This document shows, one piece after another, positions 33,760 through 42,776 of a stretch of DNA of 54,439 nucleotides. The translations under genes were made by a program, and so were the position numbers. The DNA is from a virus (taxonomy: Duplodnaviria; Caudoviricetes), in the IMG/VR virus record IMGVR_UViG_3300043690_000026, positions 1 through 54,439 of that record. One strand, written 5' to 3'. The notes under the pieces are model-generated. The model was not told the DNA's origin. It was given only the letters and a program-made list of their open reading frames with translations, and searched no databases. Positions within the stretch are counted from its first letter, which is position 1, and each line of letters opens with the position of its first letter.

Positions 33760-34378
33760 CGAGGTACGCCTCGCAGATCCGCGCCAGCGCGTTGCCGTTC
33801 GCATTATCGTTGTGCGTGCCTTCGAACGGCCCTTTCGCCTTGGCCGCGCCCACGGCCCGCGCCACGATCTTCGCCTGTTCGTCATGCAGCATGAAGGTCA
33901 CCTGCTGGTATGGCGCGCGCTCACCCTCGGGCAGCTCGGGGAAGCCGGTCTGCGCCACCTCCCGCATCAGCTGGTCGAGTTCGGACTGGTCGAACCCGAT
34001 CGTGGGCATGTCGAACCCAAGGTTGCGTAGCTCGAGAAGCTCCACCCCTAGCAGTTCCTCGTCCCAGCCCGCGTTTAAGGCCAGCTTGTTATCCGCGATG
34101 ATGTACGCACGCTTCTTCGCTTCCGACCAGCCCCGGGCTACCATCACCGGAGCTTCCGTGTACCCGTTTATCTCGGCCGCGCTCACGCGCCCGTGCCCCG
34201 CGATGATCCCGCCGGCCTCGTCAGCCAGCACCGGCATCGTCCAGCCCCACTCCCGCATCGATGCTGCGATCTGCTTGATCTGCTCCGGACTGTGTGTGCG
34301 GGCGTTGCGCGCATAGGGGATCAATCGCGCCAACGGCCAACGCTCCACCTTGTCCGCTGGCCATTCGAGAGTCTTCAT
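33749..34378 (-). CDS. ParB/Srx-like protein (type found N-terminal to phage DNA methylases)
   Basis: LIPYARNARTHS, IIAGHGR, AYIIADNKLALNAGWD; ATGA coupling at 34378. Confidence 0.9.
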   Translation of the reverse strand: MKTLEWPADKVERWPLARLIPYARNARTHSPEQIKQIAASMREWGWTMPVLADEAGGIIAGHGRVSAAEINGYTEAPVMVARGWSEAKKRAYIIADNKLALNAGWDEELLGVELLELRNLGFDMPTIGFDQSELDQLMREVAQTGFPELPEGERAPYQQVTFMLHDEQAKIVARAVGAAKAKGPFEGTHNDNANGNALARICEAYLDDG

Positions 34379-34857
34379 TTGACCGGCACGGGAGGTACGA
34401 GCCCCTTCTCGTGCGCTTTTTCTGCCACTTTTGTTGCCCATTCCTCCACCATCTGATCCCGCGCCCGATCCCATTCCTGTAAGAGTAGGTCGGCATCGGC
34501 TGGTTCGAACCCCCAATCTCTTAACGTCTCCTCGATCTCGACGTAGCCGAAAAGCTCGTCGCGCGCTTTACCATTTACGCCGTCAGGCTTCGCTGGTACT
34601 GCCTCATGTCTTTGACCGTGACATGCGTGGCACAAAACCTCCAGATCGTCCAAATGGTCTGGATATTCAAAGCCGCGATGCGCGTACGTTTTGTGATGCA
34701 CTGCCAGACCTTGCCCTAGCGGGAAGGGTTTCGCCCCGCACTCCTTGCAGGTGAAGGTCGCATGAAATTTGAGATAAGCAGCCAGCGAAAGCCAATATTC
34801 ACAGCGGAGAAAGTCCGCGTAAGGAAGCTTTGACGGATGTAGCAGCCGGGTGCTCAT
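34375..34857 (-). CDS. HNH endonuclease
   Basis: CKECG...VHHKTY...LEVLCHACHGQRH. Confidence 0.85.
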   Translation of the reverse strand: MSTRLLHPSKLPYADFLRCEYWLSLAAYLKFHATFTCKECGAKPFPLGQGLAVHHKTYAHRGFEYPDHLDDLEVLCHACHGQRHEAVPAKPDGVNGKARDELFGYVEIEETLRDWGFEPADADLLLQEWDRARDQMVEEWATKVAEKAHEKGLVPPVPVK

Positions 34858-35273
34858 TTCAACCTCTTGGCCTTTGCCATTTCGCGCACTCCCCCATCCA
34901 AGGCTTTGTTTTTTGATACCGGCGCGTCGGCAGGCTCCGGCGCATATTGCTCCGGCCGCGACTCGTGCGGAAACCGCTCGTAAATTTCGCTGTAAGCCTC
35001 GATGCCGTCTTTTGGCCGATACCGGGAGCAGTACAACGCCCGCAGTTCGCCGATCCCCGGCCAGCGGGGATAGAGTTCCAGCGCCCGCTCCGTGAGCCAG
35101 GCCAGCTGCTCCTCGGTCTCGACCATCCGCATCACGGCCCGGACTAACGCGGCACGCGCATCCTCATCCGTGGGGAAGAACGACATCAAGGCCAATTGAG
35201 CGACGGCACGGGATGTTGAATCGATCGTTAGTTTCGTGTTCATCCCAATTCGGCTCCGTATAACTCCCGGCAC
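34854..35273 (-). CDS. Putative helicase loader/replication accessory protein
   Basis: Directly after initiator; WPGIGELRA motif. Confidence 0.45.
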   Translation of the reverse strand: MPGVIRSRIGMNTKLTIDSTSRAVAQLALMSFFPTDEDARAALVRAVMRMVETEEQLAWLTERALELYPRWPGIGELRALYCSRYRPKDGIEAYSEIYERFPHESRPEQYAPEPADAPVSKNKALDGGVREMAKAKRLK

Positions 35274-35752
35274 CGGTCAGCCATCCGTTCGGCCATTGGT
35301 TTTTTTCTAGGAGGACCCGCGCCGTCGCGCTTCGCGCGCGCGCGTTCTTCAACTCCTACTTCAAGTAAATAAGATGCGGCGGGGTTCGAAGGCCCTGTAG
35401 GGCCCACTGAACGGCCCTGTAGGGCCCACTCAGTAGGCCCTGTAGGGCCTACTCGATCGCTGGTTGCAGCAGCGCCCCGCTCTAGGGTGTAACTAAAACT
35501 GCGACGGCGGGAGGTTCGTGTCGCCTTAAGCCAACCCTCCTCGCGGAGCTCGGCCACGGCAATGCGGACCATCTTTCGGGTCAACCCCAGTTCGCCAGCC
35601 AGGGTCTGCATGCTGGGATTGCACTGCCCCCTTGGACGGTTGTAAGCAGCCAATTGCGCGTAAACCACGCGCGCGGTTAACGAGACAGAGGCGTGTGTCA
35701 GCAGGTCTCTATCGATACACAGGGGAAAACTCTTTGCCATTTCAAACGGCAC
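35240..35752 (-). CDS. HTH replication initiator
   Basis: CNPSMQTLAGELGLTRKMVRIAVAELREEGWL wHTH; internal iterons. Confidence 0.8.
   Translation of the reverse strand: MPFEMAKSFPLCIDRDLLTHASVSLTARVVYAQLAAYNRPRGQCNPSMQTLAGELGLTRKMVRIAVAELREEGWLKATRTSRRRSFSYTLERGAAATSDRVGPTGPTEWALQGRSVGPTGPSNPAASYLLEVGVEERARAKRDGAGPPRKKPMAERMADRCRELYGAELG
35391..35453. repeat. Iterons, 3x GGCCCTGTAGGGCC (putative ori)
   Basis: At 35391, 35413, 35436 inside the initiator gene. Confidence 0.75.
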
Positions 35753-35860
35753 TTCCTTTCGGTAAATTCTGGGTTACACACGCGTGCCAGCGCGAGGGAA
35801 AAACACAGCTGGTGCATTCCATGGCTTGTAAGCCACGGGATCCACTCCGTATAATGGGGA

Positions 35861-36298
35861 TCAGTGCGTCGGTCCATCCCTTAAAACTTCCTTTCGGTAT
35901 GGATTCGATTGTGATTGCTCGGGCGCGTCTGATAAACGCGCCCTCTGTTTTTCATGCTCCACGAGAAAATCTGATAACTGCTTCGGGCTGTCGACCACTA
36001 CAATCGGGAGCCGATAGCGGAGCTCCAGGAGTCCGATCTGCACGACCTGGTCATCCGAGAGATCAGCACCAGGCCTCTTCACTTCCAACAGAAAATTGCG
36101 ATGGACCTCATGCAGACATGCGTAATCGGGGGTGCCCTTCTTGACGCCGTGGATATGGCGGCGGCCGTCGAGGGTCTTGAACACGCCAGCATGCAGCTTG
36201 ACCGTCCAGTAGCTGTGCAGCTCGAGGATCGTGAGACAGCCCGCCTCAACGTCGTTCTCGGTCGGCACTTGCGGCCGCAAGCGAAAAGGTCGAGGCAT
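35861..36298 (-). CDS. VRR-NUC nuclease
   Basis: GTPDY...LEVKRPG...Q motif. Confidence 0.85.
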   Translation of the reverse strand: MPRPFRLRPQVPTENDVEAGCLTILELHSYWTVKLHAGVFKTLDGRRHIHGVKKGTPDYACLHEVHRNFLLEVKRPGADLSDDQVVQIGLLELRYRLPIVVVDSPKQLSDFLVEHEKQRARLSDAPEQSQSNPYRKEVLRDGPTH

Positions 36299-36382
36299 CT
36301 CTATTCCTTAAAAATCCTGGGAGCCACGGTCGGAGGAAATGGCGAAGCCATTAGCCGTGGCCCCCAGCCCGCGCGGGAAGAC

Positions 36383-36817
36383 TTACGAGCTTGGCGCGAT
36401 AGGCGGCAGCGTTGACTTCAGCTTGTTGATCGTTGCGGTGCTGGCGCAGACCCACTCATACGGGTAGCACTCGTTCAGCATTTCGCGCTGCCACTCCTTG
36501 AGCGGCGGCAGGCCGAGGCCTGCGAGGTTATCGCGGACGCACTGCGGACCCGGTTGCTTCGGCGGATTGCTGCCGGGGATATAAACGCTATCCGGCGCGC
36601 GGTTGTGAATGCGCACCGGCACATGCGGCGGCTCGAGGTTATCGAGGCACCACTGCTCGTAATTGGTGCACCAGTCTGATCCGAACTGCCGGATCGCGTC
36701 AGCCTCGAAGGCGTCAAAGCTGTTGTCGTCGCCGATGCCGGTGGCCGTGGTGTCGCCCTGGCCGAGAGCAGCGGAGCGAAAGAGTTCTTCATCGGTTGGC
36801 TTATTGAAGCGGCTCAC
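36383..36817 (-). CDS. Hypothetical protein
   Basis: Coupled to upstream gene. Confidence 0.6.
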   Translation of the reverse strand: MSRFNKPTDEELFRSAALGQGDTTATGIGDDNSFDAFEADAIRQFGSDWCTNYEQWCLDNLEPPHVPVRIHNRAPDSVYIPGSNPPKQPGPQCVRDNLAGLGLPPLKEWQREMLNECYPYEWVCASTATINKLKSTLPPIAPSS

Positions 36818-37215
36818 TTCGTACCTCCCGTCTTAGGCATGCCAGCTACCGGTGCCGGATGCGGCCCGGTGTCCTGCGGCGGCTGCGGCGGCTGCATCGG
36901 CACGCAGACCCAGATCCACCCGATGCCGGGGATGAATCCCTGTACCCAGCCGTATCCCGCCGGCGGATCAACCTTCGGCGGCTCGTTGATAGGCAGCTGC
37001 ACGTTGGCCGGCGGCGTCGGCTTGCCCGGCGGTACGACCGGCCCAGGATGGCTTGCAATCGGTGGTATCGGATGTTCGGGGTGCGGCGGTGCTCCTGCAC
37101 TGCCGGGAGGAACGATTGGGCCGGGATGCGCCGGTATCGGCGGTATCGGATGTTCAGGGTGGCCGCCCGGCGAACCACTGCCGATTGGCGTAATCAGTGC
37201 GAGAAACGGGGTCAT
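36814..37215 (-). CDS. Proline-rich protein with HPEHPIPP repeats
   Basis: AAGGAG RBS; duplicated HPEHPIPPI..HPGP(I/V)VPPG. Confidence 0.7.
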   Translation of the reverse strand: MTPFLALITPIGSGSPGGHPEHPIPPIPAHPGPIVPPGSAGAPPHPEHPIPPIASHPGPVVPPGKPTPPANVQLPINEPPKVDPPAGYGWVQGFIPGIGWIWVCVPMQPPQPPQDTGPHPAPVAGMPKTGGTK

Positions 37216-37269
37216 TGTTTCGCTCCTTCAGTTGGTTTTAACGGACTCCAAAAACTTCGCCCGGGCCGC

Positions 37270-38895
37270 TCATGCGGCCCGTCGCTTTCTATTCGCGCGC
37301 CGGGTTTCCCAGCCCTTGTGTGCCGCTTCCGAGAGCGCCGCCGCAGTGCGCTCGGTGGCCACCGGGCATTCGATTACGAAGGGTACGGGGCCGGAAATAC
37401 TGTAATCATCGCGAATGCGCCGATTACGGTTTTTCTCGTCAGCCGCTGGTAAAAGACAGTGGATTTCAGCCTTGCCATCCTCGTATAGGATCTTCTGCAC
37501 CAGCAGCTTCATCGCCTTGCGGCGGCGCTCGAAGGTCTGCAATTCCGCGCGCATAGCCCGCAGAGCTTCACTCGCCGCGGCGACATCCTTGCGCAGCGGC
37601 ATGACGGCCACCTTCGCCGCGCTGGTCAATTGCGCTTCGGCGAGTTCGCGGCGCGCGGCTTCCAGCAGTTCCTTGGATTGCTTGTAAGGCTGGTCCGGAT
37701 CAGCCAGGATTTGTTCGGCCCGCTCCACCTTCCGGCGCGCGCGGTCGATGCGCGCCTTGCCCGGATCTTTCTTGGTGGGCCTCCCGGCCATCCGGTCATG
37801 ATATGCCTCTACCAGCCGCCACAACAACCCAGGATCACATACCGCATCCCAGACAGCGTTCCAGACCGCCGGCTCGATCACCGCCTGGAGGACCTGGGGC
37901 GCGCGACAGAACCGAATGCTACGGTTCTTGGGGTCGACATTGTTGCAGCGATAAACGCCCTTGTCTCCAGGCCTCGGGGCCGTGGTGCATCGCTTCGTAC
38001 AGCGGGCGCACCACAGCAGCCCGCTCAACAGGTAATGCCGGGGCGGTCGCCCTCCGTGCGCCACCTTGTTTTGCGCCAGGGCTTCATGCGCCCGATCCCA
38101 TAGCTCACGAGATACAATCGCCGGAACCTCGATCGTCTCGCCGTTCTGCACAACCTCCCCGTAGTAAGCGGTCTTCTCGACCAGCTGCGCTACGCTCTCG
38201 CGATACCACTCATTGCCCTTTTGCGTCCGGACGCGCTGCGCGTTGAGGTATCGCGCCATCTGGCCCAGGGTCCAGCCTGCTGCCAGCTTGGTGAAGATCA
38301 GCTCGACCACCTTGGCCCGCGCCTTCACGATCACATAGCGGCCCCGGTGGCCGAACTTGTGCCCCCGGTACTCATAGCCGTCTGGCGCATGGCAGGGGTG
38401 GAGAAATTTGTCGCGAGACTTCTGGCGGCGGCAGCGCCGGGCGCGTTCCCGAAACTTGGCCCGCTCATACTTGCTAACGGCGTTCTGCACATCGAAAGAC
38501 AGTTCGCCTTCGGGCGTGTCCTCGTAAGAGCCGGACACGAAGTCCATCTTCGCGCCAGCCTTTTCGAGTTCCATCTTCAGGATCACGGCGTGCATGTCGC
38601 CGCCGCGCGTCCAGCGATCTGGCGAATAGGCGATCACCACCTTGTAGAGTTTCTGCGCCAGGTTGTCGCGCAGCCGATCCAGTTCCGGCCGATCCAGCGT
38701 GGCGCCGCTGGCGTTGCGATCGATAAACTCGTGCGGCTCCTCGCATCCGTATTTCTTGCGTGCCAGCGCCCGCATCTCGTACAGCTGCGAGTCGATGGAG
38801 TAGTTGTCGCCCACCGCGCCTTCGGGCTTGGGCGAGACGCGCGCGTAGATGGCGCAGGTTTGCGGCTTAGGCGGCGTTTCCCTTGGGCGCATCAT
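37270..38895 (-). CDS. int: Large serine recombinase (integrase)
   Basis: YARVS catalytic motif, DRNASGA, DRWTR, recombinase domain, LLSGLLWCARC Zn ribbon, coiled coil. Confidence 0.95.
   Translation of the reverse strand: MMRPRETPPKPQTCAIYARVSPKPEGAVGDNYSIDSQLYEMRALARKKYGCEEPHEFIDRNASGATLDRPELDRLRDNLAQKLYKVVIAYSPDRWTRGGDMHAVILKMELEKAGAKMDFVSGSYEDTPEGELSFDVQNAVSKYERAKFRERARRCRRQKSRDKFLHPCHAPDGYEYRGHKFGHRGRYVIVKARAKVVELIFTKLAAGWTLGQMARYLNAQRVRTQKGNEWYRESVAQLVEKTAYYGEVVQNGETIEVPAIVSRELWDRAHEALAQNKVAHGGRPPRHYLLSGLLWCARCTKRCTTAPRPGDKGVYRCNNVDPKNRSIRFCRAPQVLQAVIEPAVWNAVWDAVCDPGLLWRLVEAYHDRMAGRPTKKDPGKARIDRARRKVERAEQILADPDQPYKQSKELLEAARRELAEAQLTSAAKVAVMPLRKDVAAASEALRAMRAELQTFERRRKAMKLLVQKILYEDGKAEIHCLLPAADEKNRNRRIRDDYSISGPVPFVIECPVATERTAAALSEAAHKGWETRRANRKRRAA
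37394..37435. other. Candidate attP inside integrase 3' end
   Basis: 42-bp imperfect inverted repeat (12/14 arms) centred on AA at 37414-37415. Confidence 0.45.
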
Positions 38896-39263
38896 CGGGT
38901 TTTTCCCTTTCGGCGCGTTCCTCGGCGAGAAGCTGGAGCAGCTTTTCCACTAGCTCTCCCAGTTCCTCGCGGCTTGGCGGTCTTTCCGCCGGCCTTACGG
39001 TCGCCTGGATCTTTTTCGTAGACTTCGCCATTGGCGATCCGCTCCAGCGTCTCTACGATTGCCCGCGCGCGCGGCAGGGTCCGCTCGGCCAGCATCCGTT
39101 GCGCCTCGCGGGCGTCATCCGTGCCCGAGTTTTCGAAATGCGTCTTGGCTGCGGAATCGCGCCAAGCCAGCCACCACTTGCGGCCATGCCAGGACATCGA
39201 CCCGCAGCCCCACGGCATAGGCAGCGGCTTCGGCTGCTCTTTACTGCTGTTGTGTGATTGCAT
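38892..39263 (-). CDS. Small DNA-binding protein resembling tyrosine-integrase arm-binding domain (RDF/Xis candidate)
   Basis: GCGSMSWHGRKWWLAWRD...ENSGTDDAREAQRML; ATGA-coupled to integrase. Confidence 0.55.
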   Translation of the reverse strand: MQSHNSSKEQPKPLPMPWGCGSMSWHGRKWWLAWRDSAAKTHFENSGTDDAREAQRMLAERTLPRARAIVETLERIANGEVYEKDPGDRKAGGKTAKPRGTGRASGKAAPASRRGTRRKGKTR

Positions 39264-39267
39264 AATT

Positions 39268-39471
39268 TCATTTTACGAAACCCTTTTGACAATCCGCTCG
39301 TCGCTTGGCATGGGCTTCCCACAAGGCCTGCCTGGCTCGTTCCACAAACTCTTGGGTCGCCGCCTTATCGCCCATGTCCCCGCGCCTGGCTAACTCTTTC
39401 ATGAGCACCCGCTCCTCGGGCTCCATCAGACTGGTGGCGAATTTATAAAGCGCAAACTGCAGTGGTTTCAT
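39268..39471 (-). CDS. Hypothetical protein
   Basis: Coupled chain. Confidence 0.55.
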   Translation of the reverse strand: MKPLQFALYKFATSLMEPEERVLMKELARRGDMGDKAATQEFVERARQALWEAHAKRRADCQKGFVK

Positions 39472-39659
39472 GGCTTCTTCCGCGTGTGGTCTATGTAAGT
39501 GTGGTGGCTTTTGATTCCGTAGCTATCGCGGGCAGTGGTAAAGGGATGCTTGGCTTCGAACTCCTTCCGCCACTGCGCGGCCTCTTCGGGCGTGAGGCGG
39601 TTGCGCCAGGCCGCGAAGATCCGGGTTAGCTCCGCCTCCCACCACTCCTGCCAGGTCAT
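39468..39659 (-). CDS. Hypothetical protein
   Basis: Coupled chain. Confidence 0.55.
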   Translation of the reverse strand: MTWQEWWEAELTRIFAAWRNRLTPEEAAQWRKEFEAKHPFTTARDSYGIKSHHTYIDHTRKKP

Positions 39660-39668
39660 GAGCCGGCT

Positions 39669-41054
39669 TCACGAGACAGCGACCGGCTGTTCTTGCATAA
39701 CGCGGGCCAGCAACTCGGATAAGTCCGAGATCCGGGGGTGGAGAGCATCAAGCTCCTTGTAGGGCAAAAATCGATTCCTATTGCGCTCGTTCCATTCATC
39801 ATCCAGCGCGAGCAAGGCGCATACTAAGGCAGTGATCGCATCGGGATCCTTTCTGCTGACGATATCGAAGGATGGATTCAGGCTTACTACGATTTGGCTG
39901 CCGCCTGTCTGCACCACGCCAACCTTATCCGGTTGTTGGCAATCGAAAGTAATATTGATGCTGCAATTGTTCAATTTGGACGTGACTGGAGAGGACGGAT
40001 CGGGATGAACTTCAGTAGCTTTCCGTCGTTTTCGTGGCGTTTCTTTCGGTTCACGACTCCCCTCCTTGTCGCCGGGCTTCCGCCTCTCTCTTCCGCGTGT
40101 GACAAAACCGAAGCGGGCGGCAACTAATTCCTGAAGATCACGGAAAGCAAGAGTTTCCTTGGCGGCGGCTGCCGCCTCCAGGATTGGCATAATTTGTGGC
40201 AGTAACTCTTCCTCATAAAAGTCGTCGCGGCCATCAAAGTCGTCCTTATGCTCGGCTAGAATCCAGTCGTCATCGCCTGTATTCAGCAACTCCAGATAGC
40301 CGTAAAATCGCTGACCGCTAAAGCCGCTACAGCCAGTTAAGTCATGCTGGCGTATAAGTCTATGAAGGTATGCTACGTCGTAACCGCATCGCTCTGGCTC
40401 AGACCTCGCGACCTTGATGCCAGCGGTGAGGCGATATGCCTTGTCATCCCATGATCCCTCGAAAACGATGGGCTTACCTTCAAATTCTGGGGGTGGGATG
40501 GGCTGCAATCTTCGACCGTTGATCGAAATCTCCAGACCTTCTTGGAGCCCAGGCGTGTAACGATAGGCCAGCTCGTCGGCGACCTGTTCTAGATTTCGCA
40601 GGCGGCGTTTGCGGATACCCGACAAGGCGATGCGAGTAAACGACGGTCCAGGATCAGGCTTAAAATCTCCAGCCTCCCATTCCCAGATATTCCCCTGATC
40701 CATCAAGGATGGCCAGTCAATTCGTGTAAATGCGCGCGCGTTTTTATGTCGCGTCTCGATGTCGACCGTCGACGCTAGCCAGATAACTGCATGCTTAAAG
40801 CCGACTCCCCAGCGGCCGACAGTACGCCCCGTCCCCGCATGCCTCCCGAGGCGTAGCAAAGCAGACCAGTCGGACACTCCACGCCCGTCATCGGTGATGG
40901 TCAGGGTATCGTTTTCAAATACAACCCAGATGTGCCTGGCCCCCTGGTCGAAGGCATTGTCAAGAAGTTCGGCAAGCATGCCCTTGAGTGATGCCCCGCT
41001 CCGCTCTATGAAGCTATTGAGCAATAAAGTATCAGGGCACAGGTTGATCTTCAT
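39669..41054 (-). CDS. GHKL (HATPase_c/MORC-like) ATPase
   Basis: ELLDNAFD, DDGRG, GRWGVGFK motifs. Confidence 0.85.
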   Translation of the reverse strand: MKINLCPDTLLLNSFIERSGASLKGMLAELLDNAFDQGARHIWVVFENDTLTITDDGRGVSDWSALLRLGRHAGTGRTVGRWGVGFKHAVIWLASTVDIETRHKNARAFTRIDWPSLMDQGNIWEWEAGDFKPDPGPSFTRIALSGIRKRRLRNLEQVADELAYRYTPGLQEGLEISINGRRLQPIPPPEFEGKPIVFEGSWDDKAYRLTAGIKVARSEPERCGYDVAYLHRLIRQHDLTGCSGFSGQRFYGYLELLNTGDDDWILAEHKDDFDGRDDFYEEELLPQIMPILEAAAAAKETLAFRDLQELVAARFGFVTRGRERRKPGDKEGSREPKETPRKRRKATEVHPDPSSPVTSKLNNCSINITFDCQQPDKVGVVQTGGSQIVVSLNPSFDIVSRKDPDAITALVCALLALDDEWNERNRNRFLPYKELDALHPRISDLSELLARVMQEQPVAVS

Positions 41055-41842
41055 TTCGACACCTCATTGGAAAGTCTGTGAAAGCGCAAGGCTATATCTC
41101 CGTGCTTGCTCGGATATTTATTGAACAATCTGCGCGTCGTACTCACCCATCGCGTCACGTCGTCGAGATAGCTCTCTGGCTTGCGTGGGGGCCTCGGCTT
41201 CTTGGCTTTGGCCTTTTTTGCGGCGACTCGGAGAGGCTGAGTTCCGGCAATGACGGCATCCAACTCTTCGGGTGCTTCCTTCGCAACAGCAATAGCTTGC
41301 TCGGCCTTGTGGCGCGATACCTCTGCTTCCTTCGCGATCTGACCCGCCGTGCTTCGCGCATTTCGATCCGGTAAACCTTGCTCTGATGCCTGAGTAAGGT
41401 TTTTCTTGCGGCCCCGACCGCCAGCCGCGCCGTCCTCGCTCTTGCCCGTTAACTGTTTCAGCCGCGCACGTTCAGTCTTGGCCCATGCATTCGCTTTTGC
41501 CGCAATGGATATCCGCTGGTCAGGGGTCAGATCTCGCCGCTGAATGTTTTTGAGAATGATGTAACGCGGAATTTCAAGCGGGCTATCGTACTCGCGAACT
41601 TGTGGCTCGATGTCCAGGTCCAGGCACGCTCGCAGGCGATTTCGGCCGTCAATCAGGATGTCACCCTGCACTACTATCGGCTCAATTAACCCATGAGCCT
41701 CAACTGCTCCTTTGAAGTTCTCGTAGACCGGCCCTGTCAACAGCGGGAACATTGCGGCAACCGGGTGTACGATGTATTTGCCAATACGTTCATCAGGAGT
41801 TGTCGGAGGCTCCACCTGGAGTACGATGCTTTGGCCAGACAT
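41051..41842 (-). CDS. ParB N-terminal domain protein
   Basis: HPVAAMFP, GLIEPIV, LIDGRNRLRAC, NIQRRDLT. Confidence 0.85.
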   Translation of the reverse strand: MSGQSIVLQVEPPTTPDERIGKYIVHPVAAMFPLLTGPVYENFKGAVEAHGLIEPIVVQGDILIDGRNRLRACLDLDIEPQVREYDSPLEIPRYIILKNIQRRDLTPDQRISIAAKANAWAKTERARLKQLTGKSEDGAAGGRGRKKNLTQASEQGLPDRNARSTAGQIAKEAEVSRHKAEQAIAVAKEAPEELDAVIAGTQPLRVAAKKAKAKKPRPPRKPESYLDDVTRWVSTTRRLFNKYPSKHGDIALRFHRLSNEVSK

Positions 41843-41845
41843 TAG

Positions 41846-42241
41846 TCACCGCTTGGTGTCCCGGTCTTCCGGGTCAAAATTAAATCCGAAGCTCGATTGC
41901 CGCTCGTGCAGCGTCATCGGCTCCTCGCGCAGCGTTGCCTCGGGATCGCCCGCCGCTTTGTCAGCGCGCACAATGCGTTTCGTGCCGATTACTGGCGTGT
42001 CGAACAAGGCAAAGACCTCCACCGGGCGCATTTCGTAGCCGGTGTTGACCTTCCGAGTGAGTTCAGCGATTTCCTTATCGAGGTCGCCTATCCTGGCGTT
42101 GAAGGTCGCATTTGTGGATTTCTTCTCGGCCTCGGCGTCGATCCGGTCCTGTTCGCGCGCGGCCAGCTGCAAGCCCAGGTCCCGCAGCTCGTCGGGCGTG
42201 AACGGATAGCGAAGATCCTCGTAGGTCCGCCCGTCACTCAT
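41846..42241 (-). CDS. Hypothetical coiled-coil protein
   Basis: AGGAG RBS; operon position. Confidence 0.7.
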   Translation of the reverse strand: MSDGRTYEDLRYPFTPDELRDLGLQLAAREQDRIDAEAEKKSTNATFNARIGDLDKEIAELTRKVNTGYEMRPVEVFALFDTPVIGTKRIVRADKAAGDPEATLREEPMTLHERQSSFGFNFDPEDRDTKR

Positions 42242-42596
42242 GGCTGGCTCCTATCGGCGACGGCAGCACTGCCCCTTCCGGCGCGTCATCCCACCCGGCT
42301 GGCTTGGGATCCTCCCTGACCTCCAGGCCGTCGTAAGAGGAGTTCATGTCGCACAGCGCGTCGAATTGGGCCTTGGTTAGATCAACTTTGCAATGCGCAA
42401 GCTCCGCGCCGCCGCTGTCGCAGCGGATGCTCACCGCGATCGTGCGGCGATCGCTCGTCTCGGAAATAACAAGCTCCCCGCCGCCGCTGAGGTCCGGCAA
42501 GGTAAATGACTTGTTGCGAATCCCGTCCCACTTCTTCTGTGCCATCAGGCACCTCCTATCAGCATTTGTGACCCTCTCGTAAAACGTGCTTGTCAC
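42234..42596 (-). CDS. Hypothetical protein (start likely MAQKK)
   Basis: AGGAGG RBS before internal ATG. Confidence 0.6.
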   Translation of the reverse strand: MTSTFYERVTNADRRCLMAQKKWDGIRNKSFTLPDLSGGGELVISETSDRRTIAVSIRCDSGGAELAHCKVDLTKAQFDALCDMNSSYDGLEVREDPKPAGWDDAPEGAVLPSPIGASHE

Positions 42597-42776
42597 ACCT
42601 CGTGCAGAACAGGTGACAGTGTGGGCACGGCACTACCGCGAGGGGCCGGTCGTCATCCACCCGCTCAAGGATCTTGCCGGTGTCGAAACATTCCAAGCAT
42701 TTCGGCTTCGTGGTCACCGTAGCCGGGTCGCGCTCGAAGAAAAAACGGGGGAGCAGCTTCCCCCGGTACATCACCC

